Source: Candidatus Latescibacterota bacterium
GTDB taxonomy: Bacteria > Latescibacterota > UBA2968
Direction: 5' to 3'
NCBI GenBank assembly: GCA_965205975.1
Contig: OZ242195.1
Coordinates: 5,152,001 to 5,216,000 of the forward strand
Length of the DNA stretch: 64,000 nt
Part shown: positions 19,075 through 28,640 of the stretch, piece after piece
Numbering within the stretch: the stretch's first letter is position 1
How the letters are laid out: every line of letters begins with the position of its first letter
Notes under the pieces: generated by a model
Told to the model about the DNA's origin: nothing
Seen by the model: the letters and a program-made list of their open reading frames with translations, nothing else
Databases searched by the model: none
Made by a program: the position numbers and the translations under genes

Positions 19075-19914
19075 ATGGATCACACTTTTGAACAGAATTG
19101 TACAGTGTCTTATAAAGTTCTCAGTCCCAATACCCGCGGATCAGACCACCATTACAAAATAGATGTTTGTGCATCAGCAGAGGAGTTGCAGCAATTTGAT
19201 CGGGAAGGGTATCTGGTGCGCGAGGGATTGTTTGCGGGCGAGGACTTGAAATCATTGCAAGACGCGCTGGATCGGTTGGAGGATCGGGAATCGGGTGCAT
19301 TTCGAGATACTGGAAAGCGGTCCTGGGGGCGTATCCCGCGGCATTTGATGGACAAAGATCCGGTGTTTTTGGATTTGTTGAAATTTCCGCCTGTGTTATC
19401 TATTGCGCGGGCGATGATGGGGCCGCTGGTCAGGCTTCGGGGATTGAGCGCGCGGATCAGTTATCCGGCTGAAACGCCTCATCAGACCCCATGGCACCAG
19501 CATTTGCGCGTGGTTTCCAATCCTTTACCGCCGTGGTTTTCCAGACCACATGGGTTGGATGCCCTGATTTATCTGGATGATTTGAATGATGATACGGGGG
19601 CTGTGGGAATTGTGCCGGGGTCGCACAATTGGTTGGATAGAGCACCGCCTCCCGATGTTTATGAGCCGGTTGAGGGTGAGCTTGTGGTTCGCGTGAAGGC
19701 CGGGGGCGGCGTGTTGATTCACAGCAATCTGTGGCATCGCGGATTGCCAACGTTGAGAACAAAGCGCAGGATGTTGATTTTGAGTTATACGCCCACCTGG
19801 CTGCGCCGATCACCCCACGGGGGACCGCCTCCCGATGACGGGTTGACGCAGGCGATTTTAGAAGGCGATGACGAAGAGGCGCGTATTTTGTTGGGCAAAG
19901 GTGGATATACTTGA
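19075..19914 (+). CDS. PhyH-family Fe/2OG dioxygenase (HxH variant)
   Basis: [36 protein letters not shown]. Confidence 0.85.
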   Translation: MDHTFEQNCTVSYKVLSPNTRGSDHHYKIDVCASAEELQQFDREGYLVREGLFAGEDLKSLQDALDRLEDRESGAFRDTGKRSWGRIPRHLMDKDPVFLDLLKFPPVLSIARAMMGPLVRLRGLSARISYPAETPHQTPWHQHLRVVSNPLPPWFSRPHGLDALIYLDDLNDDTGAVGIVPGSHNWLDRAPPPDVYEPVEGELVVRVKAGGGVLIHSNLWHRGLPTLRTKRRMLILSYTPTWLRRSPHGGPPPDDGLTQAILEGDDEEARILLGKGGYT

Positions 19915-19933
19915 GTTTCCAAAGGAGCGATAT

Positions 19934-22102
19934 ATGAGTGTGGTAGCCGTTGGAGAATTGAATGTAGATGCCGAGCTGTACGCATTGGTCAAAGACGAAA
20001 TCGCACCCGATACGGGTGTAGATGCAGAGGCTTTTTGGCAGGGGTTGGAAGGGATTGTAAGAGATATGGGACCGGAGAATCGGCGTTTATTGGAAAAGCG
20101 CGATGTCTTGCAGGCAAAGATCGATGCCTGGCACGAGGGGCGCGGATCTATTGATGGGGAAGCGTACAGGGCATTTTTGCAGGAGATCGGGTATTTGTTG
20201 CCCGAAGGAGATCATTTTCAGGTGTTGACAAATGGGGTTGATCCAGAGGTTGCGACAGTGGCTGGACCGCAATTGGTTGTGCCGGTGGATAATGCGCGTT
20301 ATTGTTTGAATGCGGCCAATGCGCGCTGGGGGAGTTTGTACGATGCGCTGTATGGGACAGATGTGATCCCGGAGGATGATGGCGCGGATAAGGGTGCGGC
20401 TTATAATCCCGTGCGCGGCGAGAAGGTGATTGCCAGTGCGAATGAATTTTTGGATGCGACTGTGCCGTTGTCCAGTGGGTCTTACGCAGCAGTGACGGCG
20501 TTTGCTCTGGGTGAAGAGGGTGGACAGAAGGTGCTTGTGGCAGAGGTTGATGGTCGGGATGCAGGGTTGTCAGATCCGCATCAGTTTGTGGGCTATACGG
20601 AGCGAGATGGGGCACTGTCCAGTGTGCTGTTGGCGCACAATGGGTTGCATATTGAGATTCAGATTGATCCGGGCCATCCCATTGGCAAAGACCATCCGGC
20701 AGGGGTGAAAGATGTGGTGCTGGAATCAGCTATTACCACGATTCAGGATTGTGAGGATTCTGTATCGGCTGTGGATGCCGCGGATAAGGTGCTCGTGTAT
20801 CGCAACTGGTGCGGTTTGATGAAGGGGACGCTGGAGACGACTTTTGAAAAGAATGGACAACCCCTGAATCGCAAATTGAATCCCGATAGGAATTATATCC
20901 GTCCAGATGGCGGTGCGTTGACATTGCCGGGGCGAAGTACGCTGCTGGTGCGAAATGTGGGTATTCACATGTACACCGATGCGGTGACGACTGCCGATGG
21001 AGAGGCGATTCCCGAAGGGTTTTTGGATGCGATGGTGACGTCGCTGGCGGCTATTCACGATTTGAAGGGCAATGGCATATATCAAAATAGCCGCTCGGGT
21101 AGTGTGTATATTGTAAAGCCCAAGATGCACGGGCCTGAAGAGGTGGCGGCGACGGTAGAATTATTCGGGCGTGTGGAAGATGCGCTTGGACTTGCGCGAA
21201 ATACGCTGAAGATCGGGATTATGGATGAAGAACGGCGCACGACTGTCAATTTGAAACGCGCTATGTGGGAAGCCCGCGAGCGCGTCATTTTCATCAATAC
21301 GGGTTTTTTGGATCGCACGGGTGATGAGATGCACACGAGTATGGAAGCCGGTGCTATGCTTCCCAAAAATGAAATTAAGGCGCAGCCGTGGTTGACGGCT
21401 TATGAAGATTGGAATGTGGATGTGGGTATTGAGACTGGGTTGATCGGCAAAGGGCAAATAGGCAAGGGGATGTGGGCGATGCCCGATGCGATGCGGGAGA
21501 TGGTGGAGACGAAGATGAATCACCCCGAAGCAGGGGCGACTACTGCGTGGGTTCCTTCGCCAACTGCGGCCACATTGCATGCGATGCACTACCATCAGGT
21601 GGATGTTTCGGCGCGGCAGGCAGAACTCGCAAGGCGAGAACGCGCGAGTCTGGATGCGATTTTGACACCGCCTTTGCTGGATAGGAATTTGACGTCTGAG
21701 GAGATTGTGCAGGAACTGGACAATAATGCGCAGGGTATTTTGGGCTATGTGGTGCGCTGGGTTGATCAGGGTGTTGGCTGTTCTAAGGTGCCAGATATTC
21801 ACGATGTGGGTCTGATGGAAGATCGCGCGACTTTGCGTATTTCGAGCCAGCATATCGCCAATTGGCTGCATCACGGGATTGTGAGTGCAGAGCAAGTCCG
21901 CGAGACGTTTGAGAAGATGGCCGCGGTTGTAGATCGGCAGAATGCAGGCGATGCGGCGTATCGCAATATGGCGCCAAATTTTGATGAGAGTATTGCGTTT
22001 CAAGCGGCGCTCGATCTGGTTTTCAAGGGTCGCGAAGTGCCCAATGGATATACCGAACTGGTTTTACACGCGCGGCGGCGAGAGGTGAAGGGGGAAGTGT
22101 GA
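19934..22102 (+). CDS. glcB: Malate synthase G
   Basis: [81 protein letters not shown] 19934 after AAAGGAG. Confidence 0.97.
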   Translation: MSVVAVGELNVDAELYALVKDEIAPDTGVDAEAFWQGLEGIVRDMGPENRRLLEKRDVLQAKIDAWHEGRGSIDGEAYRAFLQEIGYLLPEGDHFQVLTNGVDPEVATVAGPQLVVPVDNARYCLNAANARWGSLYDALYGTDVIPEDDGADKGAAYNPVRGEKVIASANEFLDATVPLSSGSYAAVTAFALGEEGGQKVLVAEVDGRDAGLSDPHQFVGYTERDGALSSVLLAHNGLHIEIQIDPGHPIGKDHPAGVKDVVLESAITTIQDCEDSVSAVDAADKVLVYRNWCGLMKGTLETTFEKNGQPLNRKLNPDRNYIRPDGGALTLPGRSTLLVRNVGIHMYTDAVTTADGEAIPEGFLDAMVTSLAAIHDLKGNGIYQNSRSGSVYIVKPKMHGPEEVAATVELFGRVEDALGLARNTLKIGIMDEERRTTVNLKRAMWEARERVIFINTGFLDRTGDEMHTSMEAGAMLPKNEIKAQPWLTAYEDWNVDVGIETGLIGKGQIGKGMWAMPDAMREMVETKMNHPEAGATTAWVPSPTAATLHAMHYHQVDVSARQAELARRERASLDAILTPPLLDRNLTSEEIVQELDNNAQGILGYVVRWVDQGVGCSKVPDIHDVGLMEDRATLRISSQHIANWLHHGIVSAEQVRETFEKMAAVVDRQNAGDAAYRNMAPNFDESIAFQAALDLVFKGREVPNGYTELVLHARRREVKGEV

Positions 22103-22160
22103 TCCGCAGAATGAAGGCGAGTAATTCGAGCATGAACGCAGATGAACGCAGATAAAAAAG
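22102..22160. repeat. Intergenic 10-mer periodic repeat (ATGAACGCAG)x2, copy 1 of a dispersed element
   Basis: ATCCGCAGA...ATGAACGCAGATGAACGCAGATAAAAAAG; related copy at 45717. Confidence 0.6.
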
Positions 22161-22213
22161 AGGGGCTGGGAACTGGGGGCTGGTTAGGCTGATCGCTAAA
22201 CAGGAATTGAACA

Positions 22214-22966
22214 ATGGGGCGAAAGCTGCTGGTTTTTGATGTGGGTAATTCGCGTTTGAAGGCGGCATTATACGATGGCGATCGCCCGATTGCGCGTGTG
22301 TCTCTTAGCGGAGTTCAAGATGCGACACAGGTCGTGAATGTTCTCAAATCACGTTTTGCCCCGATGGGAACGCCCGACCGCTGTTTGGTTGCTTCTGTGG
22401 TGCGCGGTGTAGATGGGGTGATTCGAGAAGCGGTTCAGACGGTGTGGGCGATAGCGCCGCAGGTGGTTGATACGGATATGGATCTGGGGATTGATGTCGC
22501 TGTGCCTCGTCCCGACTATGTTGGCATTGATCGGCTATTGCAAGCGAGCGAGGCGTTTCGCGTTTGCGCGAGTGGTGTGGTTGTCGCCGCTTTTGGCTCT
22601 GCGCTGACTGTGGATCTGGTGACAGCAGATGGTGTTTTTCGCGGGGGGACGATTGCGCCCGGTTTGGGGATGGGGTTGCGCGCGCTGCACGATGAAACGA
22701 GTTTGCTTCCCCACGTGGCGCTTCAACCGCCTGATTCAGCTATTGGGACGGATACGACTTCTTGTATCCAGGCGGGTATTGTTTATGGGGCTGCTGGTGC
22801 CGTAGAGCGACTGTTTAGTGAATTGGTTCCGGATGGGCGGGCGACGCTTGTTTTGACTGGGGGCGATGCCGAGTTGATTGCGCCTTTTATAAAATTCCCC
22901 CATCGGGTGGAGCCAGATCTGGTCATGCGTGCGCTGGTTTCGTTAGGTCAAAGGTGGTGGCGTTGA
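22214..22966 (+). CDS. coaX: Type III pantothenate kinase
   Basis: FDVGNSRLK, VGIDR, GSALTVD, GGTIAPG, LTGGDA. Confidence 0.92.
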   Translation: MGRKLLVFDVGNSRLKAALYDGDRPIARVSLSGVQDATQVVNVLKSRFAPMGTPDRCLVASVVRGVDGVIREAVQTVWAIAPQVVDTDMDLGIDVAVPRPDYVGIDRLLQASEAFRVCASGVVVAAFGSALTVDLVTADGVFRGGTIAPGLGMGLRALHDETSLLPHVALQPPDSAIGTDTTSCIQAGIVYGAAGAVERLFSELVPDGRATLVLTGGDAELIAPFIKFPHRVEPDLVMRALVSLGQRWWR

Positions 22967-25649
22967 GGAGTACAATGCGGTCGCACGCGATGGCGGGGTA
23001 ATCCCGTACGGTGATGGTTTTTTCCGAGGCGGATTCGATTTCGTAGCCGGTGTCTGCACACAGGAGATAGGTTCCGGGGAGAGCGTCGGGTTCGGACAAA
23101 GTTTGCGATATATGATAGGTGCGCTTGTCAATTGAGGTGACGTCGAGTGGGGTCTGCGCCTGCGGGAGTGTGAGGGTGTGACTGCCGCAGCGGAGTTCGG
23201 TGCCGCAGAGCAGATAAGCCCGTTGGAGATTGCCCTGATTGTCGATGGATGCATAAGCGAATTTGCCTGTGATGGAGACGGGTCCGAGGTCATGAGTGGT
23301 GCCTTCGGGGGCTGAGAGGATGTAGTCGGTACAGCTATCGCGTTTTACGGCTACTGCCATGGCACTGGTGTCGGGATCGTTCAGGATCAGGTGTGCGGAT
23401 TGGATGGGTGATTTGTCGGTGTAGGGTGTGATGACAGCGGCGTACTGACTATTTGTGTTCGCGTCGTTTTTGCGTTCGGCCAAGATTTGCTGAACGGGTG
23501 GGGCGTTGAGCTGGTCGCCCAGGTCCGAGCGCCAGCCGGGCGCGTCTGCAAGCAGGAGGCGATGGATGGGGTTGAGCAGGGTGAGGTCCATTCGCAGGTC
23601 CTGGTTTTGCCATGTGGCGGTGAAGGGCATTTGAGGATGGTCGGCGCGGATGTTGTCGAGCCATTCGATTTGTTCGTCAATGGGTTGGGGGTCGGCGCCG
23701 CGAATACCGATAAGGTGGCCGTTGCAGTGGAAGCCATACTGGTGGAGATTGCCGCCGTTTATTCGGAAGAAGTCGATGGCGTAGGTCTGTTCGCCGGGGA
23801 TCTGGATGAGTACGCAGGTGCGCTGGTAGCGATCGCACTGCTCGTACGGGGCGGCGGATGCTTGGACGATTTCGACGCCTGCGCCCGTGCCAAAGAGTTC
23901 CAGGGTGGCGGGTTTTGGATTGCCGCTCTGGTTTTGGGCGTCAACGGTGACGATGTTGTGGGAGAGGGTGCTTTTGGTCCAGGCATTTCTGGGGTCGTCC
24001 CATATATAACCCCTGTCTGCGGTCATTTCCCGCCCCTGGGCGATGTAGATGATGCCGAGGCTGTCGTAGTGGCGATGGCCGCCAAAGCCATAACCGTTGA
24101 GGTAGAAGGCTGTGTGACCTTTTGGGTTTCCGCCGCGCAGGACGGCGACGTGCCAGCCGGGGAACCATTCGGTGTGGTGGGGCAGGTCGGTGTCCTGTTC
24201 GGCTACTATGTCGGGAGCCCGGTGCCAGAGGGCGTATTCGTCTCCTTTTTGCGAGAGTGGGGCGTTCTGCGATTTTTCCAGCAGACCAGCGTAGCGGTTG
24301 CCGTAATGGGCGCTCAGAATTTCGGCGTAGATGGGGTCAATGCCTCGGCCTTCTCGGGAATCTCCGATGACGGGGTCTTGCAGGTTCGGGTCGAGCATGC
24401 GGGCCATGCTTTCCAGGGCGAGACGGTAGCGGTCAAAGTGCTGAAAGGGATCCAGGTTTTTGAGGATTGGACCGGTTTCGGGTTCGTAGCCGTCGGGATC
24501 GGAGTATCCGACGAGCAGTTCTGGTATGTCGCGCAACAGGTTGAGGTGCATGGCGGAATAGGAGGGAGATTCAGTGCAAAAGCCGTCGAAGTGGAAGGCA
24601 TCTTCGAGGAGGGTTTCAAGACCTTCGATGGCGCGGCGCACGCTTTGCGGTTTGTTGAAGAGTATGCCGACGGCGGCGCTTAGAGCGCGGCCAGGACCGC
24701 ATTTGTTGTTGATTTCGCTCCAGTTCTCGGTGTCTGCACAACCGGCGAGGATGAGGTCGTTGACGATGCGTTGATTCATTTCGGGTGTGAGGACGGGAGA
24801 GCCATCCTGATATTGGGCTGTTCGGATGAGGTCGTAGGCGAGGGTGATCTGGAGAATGCTTCCGCCGTCAGAGCCACTGCAACCAAAGCGTCCAGCACCC
24901 CAGAAGCCGTTGTTGAGGACCGCATGGTCTCCTTCTCGATGGCGGCCTTCAAAGGCGGTGATGATGGTTTCGACGGGAAAACGCCCGGCGCGGGGGTATT
25001 TGCCCAGGGAGATGGCGACTTCGGCCGGCGGACAATCCGCTATGGTGCCGTCGTAGGAGTGGAAGAGCCAGTTGGGGTATCGCCGCGCCATGCAGTCCAT
25101 GATATAGGCGCACCACCGGGCGTATAATACGTCATCTGTGAGGGCGTATAATTTGGCAAGCGGTAGTATTTGTTCGAAGCACCAGCGGCTTTTTTTTGTT
25201 CGGATGATGCCGGTCCAGCTCGTGTGTACGGGCCAGTTGACCCATTTGAAGGCGTGTTTGCCCGATTTGTCTTCGGGGTGGGCGCGTTCTTCGTCGGTGA
25301 GGTAGAAGGTGAAGGTCTGGTTCATTCTGGGCGCGGTGATGCTGCCGGTTTCGGGATAGCTGGCGTTGGGGTATTCGGTTTTGCAGTATTTGCATAAGAG
25401 TTTATCCGGATCGGTGGGATCCCATTCGTACAAGCCGGTTTCACCCATGGAGGAGAGGCGGTTGACGCAGGCGGGACAGTTTTGGCCGTATTCGGGCCAG
25501 GGGGTGAGTTCGGGCATCATGGTGTCGATAAAGTCGCGATTCTGGTCCATGAGGTAGGCGACCTGTTGTTTCCAGCCTTCGAGGATGGCCTGCGCCCAGG
25601 GGTAGCGTCTGAGGTTTTCACGGGCGTTTTCGACGTTGAGAAGGGGCAT
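22923..25649 (-). CDS. Heparinase II/III-like polysaccharide lyase family protein
   Basis: ESPSYS, GHRHYDSLGI, DRGY, TLSHNIVTVD, YQRT, IDFFR.NGG; ATG 25649 after CAGGAG. Confidence 0.78.
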   Translation of the reverse strand: MPLLNVENARENLRRYPWAQAILEGWKQQVAYLMDQNRDFIDTMMPELTPWPEYGQNCPACVNRLSSMGETGLYEWDPTDPDKLLCKYCKTEYPNASYPETGSITAPRMNQTFTFYLTDEERAHPEDKSGKHAFKWVNWPVHTSWTGIIRTKKSRWCFEQILPLAKLYALTDDVLYARWCAYIMDCMARRYPNWLFHSYDGTIADCPPAEVAISLGKYPRAGRFPVETIITAFEGRHREGDHAVLNNGFWGAGRFGCSGSDGGSILQITLAYDLIRTAQYQDGSPVLTPEMNQRIVNDLILAGCADTENWSEINNKCGPGRALSAAVGILFNKPQSVRRAIEGLETLLEDAFHFDGFCTESPSYSAMHLNLLRDIPELLVGYSDPDGYEPETGPILKNLDPFQHFDRYRLALESMARMLDPNLQDPVIGDSREGRGIDPIYAEILSAHYGNRYAGLLEKSQNAPLSQKGDEYALWHRAPDIVAEQDTDLPHHTEWFPGWHVAVLRGGNPKGHTAFYLNGYGFGGHRHYDSLGIIYIAQGREMTADRGYIWDDPRNAWTKSTLSHNIVTVDAQNQSGNPKPATLELFGTGAGVEIVQASAAPYEQCDRYQRTCVLIQIPGEQTYAIDFFRINGGNLHQYGFHCNGHLIGIRGADPQPIDEQIEWLDNIRADHPQMPFTATWQNQDLRMDLTLLNPIHRLLLADAPGWRSDLGDQLNAPPVQQILAERKNDANTNSQYAAVITPYTDKSPIQSAHLILNDPDTSAMAVAVKRDSCTDYILSAPEGTTHDLGPVSITGKFAYASIDNQGNLQRAYLLCGTELRCGSHTLTLPQAQTPLDVTSIDKRTYHISQTLSEPDALPGTYLLCADTGYEIESASEKTITVRDYPAIACDRIVLLNATTFDLTKPAHA

Positions 25650-25858
25650 GGGTGCTCCTGTGGAATTAGTTGGTCTCATTGTGCGCTATAGAGTTTCTTT
25701 AATATATTGAGAAACGCATCTTGTGTCTAACCAAAGAATGTGGGCACAAGATAGCTGATTACCTCTCATTTCTTGCGTCTTTTGTCTCTCTTTTGTAATA
25801 TCTTCACTGACCAGACATATAATACCAGAATACAGGCTATTTATTTTGGAGGAATACG

Positions 25859-26896
25859 ATGGGAAAGCAGCAAATAGCAGCGACGACGCTCAATAAAGAC
25901 GATTTGATCGTTATTTGCGGGGCGGGTGGTTTTATTGCCGGTGCATTGACGCGATATTTTCACGATCAGGGGTTTGTGCGGCTTCGCGCTGTTGATAAGA
26001 AGCCCTTGCCCGAGTGGTACCAGCGCGTGCCAGGGGTGGAGAATTTGTGTTTGGATTTGAGCGATGAAGACAATTGCAAACGCGCCGTTGAGGGTGCTGT
26101 CGAAGTGTACAATCTCGCGGCGGATATGGGGGGCATGGGATTTATTGAGCGATTCAGGATCGACTGTTTGCGGAGTATTCTGATCAATACTCATCTGATT
26201 GAAGCGGCCTATTGGGCAGGTGTTGAGCGGTATTTCTTTTCTTCTTCTGCCTGCGCGTACAATACTGAATTGCAGGAGGATCCCAATGTGCGCGCTCTGA
26301 AAGAATCAGATGCGTATCCGGCTATGGCAGAGCGTGGATACGGTTGGGAAAAGTTGGTTTCGGAGATGTTTTGCGAGGAATACTGGTCTGAACGCGGTAT
26401 GAAGACCGCGATTGCGCGGTTCCACAATGTGTATGGTCCTTATGGGACGTGGGATGGCGGACGAGAGAAGGCACCTGCGGCACTTTGCCGCAAGGCGATT
26501 GAGGCCAAAGATAACGGCAAACTCGAGATTGATATTTGGGGCGATGGCAACCAGACGCGCAGTTTTATGTATGTTGACGATTGTATCAGAGGCGTCGATA
26601 TGATTATGCACAGTGAAGATTTGATTGCAACGCCTATCAATCTCGGTTCGAGCGAATTGGTTTCTATCAATGAACTGGTGAGTGTTATTGAGGAAATCGG
26701 CGATGTTAAACTCAATCGCACGTATGATCTCACGGCGCCCCAGGGCGTTGCCGGGCGCAATAGTGACAATGAGATGATTAAAGAAATGCTCGACTGGGAG
26801 CCTGATACCTCTTTGCGCGATGGTATGGCTAAGACTTATGCCTGGATTGCACAGCAATACGCCGATCGCAAAGCGGGTAAGCCGACGGTGAGTTAG
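25859..26896 (+). CDS. NAD-dependent epimerase, GDP-mannose 3,5-epimerase-like
   Basis: GAGGFIA, NLAADMGGMGFI, SSSACAY, YGWEKL, RFHNVYGPYGTWDGGREKAPAALCRK, GVAGRNSDN. Confidence 0.9.
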   Translation: MGKQQIAATTLNKDDLIVICGAGGFIAGALTRYFHDQGFVRLRAVDKKPLPEWYQRVPGVENLCLDLSDEDNCKRAVEGAVEVYNLAADMGGMGFIERFRIDCLRSILINTHLIEAAYWAGVERYFFSSSACAYNTELQEDPNVRALKESDAYPAMAERGYGWEKLVSEMFCEEYWSERGMKTAIARFHNVYGPYGTWDGGREKAPAALCRKAIEAKDNGKLEIDIWGDGNQTRSFMYVDDCIRGVDMIMHSEDLIATPINLGSSELVSINELVSVIEEIGDVKLNRTYDLTAPQGVAGRNSDNEMIKEMLDWEPDTSLRDGMAKTYAWIAQQYADRKAGKPTVS

Positions 26897-26913
26897 GCAG
26901 GGGTATTTATTAT

Positions 26914-27711
26914 ATGGGCAGAGATATTACGAGTGTTATTGGCAATATTCCCTTTCGCATGGCTTTTGCTGGTGGGTGGATTGATCAGCCGTTTTTGTCA
27001 CAGCTCAATCCATCGCCTCCCGGGTCTATGGTTGTGGTTTCGCTCGAGCCGACCAGTCGTTTTATGAATCGCTGTGGTATGGCGACGAGTACGCGAGATG
27101 TTGCGATGAGGCTCTGGGGTTCTACGTTTCCCGACCGACCGCCATCCGATCTGGTGAAGGAATTGTACACAGTTGAAAATGAGGGCAAGGCCGAGCCGTC
27201 GGGGTCGCAAGATATGGTCGGGTTGCTTTATCCAGGTGTGAGCAGGCTCGACTACGATTGCGAGTACGAGGGGGGGTATTTTCCGGTTCATATCGAGTCC
27301 AATAATGATCCCGATGTCGCGCGTTGGCTCGAGGATGTGATCTACATGGTTCCGGTTGCGCCGCGGCCCGATGGCTATGAGCCGTTGGGTGAGAAGAATT
27401 TGGATCCGATATGGATTGAGAGATTGAGTCAGTCGGGCAAGGATTGTTATGATGCGATTATTGCCAGGGATACTCGGGGGTTGGGCGCGTCGTTGAATGA
27501 GTGTATGGTGTGTTGGGAGACTCTTTTGCCGCATACGGTGCGTCATCCGACTATTCAGATTGATTTGATGGGTATTCTGGAATATTATCAGTCCAGATAT
27601 GTCGGGGCGATGTATTCGGGGTGTGGCGGTGGGTATATTTACGTTGTGTCTGAAGAACCCGTGCCGGGCGCACTTCGCGTAGATGTCCGATATAAAAAAT
27701 GTGAGATGTAG
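26914..27711 (+). CDS. GHMP-kinase-like protein
   Basis: IPFRMAFAGGWIDQP (motif I), CGMATST (motif II-like), SGSQD, SGCGGGY (motif III). Confidence 0.72.
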   Translation: MGRDITSVIGNIPFRMAFAGGWIDQPFLSQLNPSPPGSMVVVSLEPTSRFMNRCGMATSTRDVAMRLWGSTFPDRPPSDLVKELYTVENEGKAEPSGSQDMVGLLYPGVSRLDYDCEYEGGYFPVHIESNNDPDVARWLEDVIYMVPVAPRPDGYEPLGEKNLDPIWIERLSQSGKDCYDAIIARDTRGLGASLNECMVCWETLLPHTVRHPTIQIDLMGILEYYQSRYVGAMYSGCGGGYIYVVSEEPVPGALRVDVRYKKCEM

Positions 27712-27731
27712 GGGCGAGGCATGCCTCGCCC
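27708..27731 (+). repeat. GTAG-type REP palindrome
   Basis: GTAG followed by perfect hairpin GGGCGAGGC-AT-GCCTCGCCC; its GTAG supplies the TAG stop of the upstream gene. Confidence 0.8.
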
Positions 27732-27752
27732 AATAAGATAAAGAGATGTAAT

Positions 27753-28550
27753 ATGAAGACGGTCATTGTTTCAGGTAGTTTTGACGATATGAGGGCGCGC
27801 GATATCCGTTTTTTGCAAGAGGCTTCCAGATACGGATGTCTTCACGCGCTGGTATGGGGGGATGATGCTATTGAGGGGCGACCCAAATTTCCACAAGAAG
27901 AACGCATGTATATGATGGATGCGATTCGCTATGTGGATTGCGCCACGCTTATTACGGAGTTGGTGGATAAAGACGGTCTTCCCGATGCGGTCCAGGCCGA
28001 TATGTGGGTGGTGGATGAACGAGACGATACGCCGCAGAGACGACATTTTTGCAAGGTACACAATATTGCATATCGCGTTTTGACTGCAGATGATGTGAGG
28101 GGGTTTCCGATAGAAGAGGTAGCGGATGGAGATGCGAATAATAAAAAAGTGATTGTTACGGGGTGTTTTGACTGGTTCCACTCCGGGCATATCCGGTTTT
28201 TTGAAGAGGTGTCTGAGTTGGGCGATTTATACGTGGTTGTGGGGCACGATGCAAATGTCCGTTTGCTCAAGGGAGAACATCATCCGATGTTCGATGAAGA
28301 CGAACGCCGGTATGTGGTGCAATCCGTCCGTTTTGTCAAACAGGGGCTTATTTCCTCTGGCGATGGATGGATGGATGCCGCGCCTGAGATCGCGGTTATT
28401 AAACCGGATATTTACGCGGTGAATGAAGACGGCGATAAGCCTGAGAAGAGAGTTTTTTGCGAGGAACACGGTCTGGAATACGTCGTGTTAAAACGCGCGC
28501 CAAAGGAAGGATTGCCGCGCAGAGAGAGTACGGTTTTGCGAGGGTTTTGA
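27753..28550 (+). CDS. Tandem-domain cytidylyl/adenylyltransferase (HIGH superfamily)
   Basis: C-terminal domain GCFDWFHSGHIRF intact; N-terminal domain GSFDDMRARDIRF lacks the HxGH histidines; ends PRRESTVLRGF. Confidence 0.85.
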   Translation: MKTVIVSGSFDDMRARDIRFLQEASRYGCLHALVWGDDAIEGRPKFPQEERMYMMDAIRYVDCATLITELVDKDGLPDAVQADMWVVDERDDTPQRRHFCKVHNIAYRVLTADDVRGFPIEEVADGDANNKKVIVTGCFDWFHSGHIRFFEEVSELGDLYVVVGHDANVRLLKGEHHPMFDEDERRYVVQSVRFVKQGLISSGDGWMDAAPEIAVIKPDIYAVNEDGDKPEKRVFCEEHGLEYVVLKRAPKEGLPRRESTVLRGF

Positions 28551-28640
28551 TTTTTCATAATGAAACTTTATCGCAGAGCGTTTTGTCTTTGTATTTAGTG
28601 AAATTAAGACCTCTATAGCTCTAAATAACAGGATTGTGCG

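Noticed and set aside
22102..22190. Possible CRISPR or mini-array
   Set aside because: Only two 10-mers, no spacers, and no cas genes in the window
23487..24683. 398-aa + strand ORF, and similar long antisense ORFs (900..1769, 5618..6679, 28644..29606, 58200..59306)
   Set aside because: They are shadow ORFs opposite well-supported genes, with no motifs, and are explained by codon bias
25718..25752. Inverted repeat ATCTTGTGTC...GGCACAAGAT between divergent genes
   Set aside because: A single hairpin with no recognisable RNA family or U-tract; it could be an operator but is unsupported
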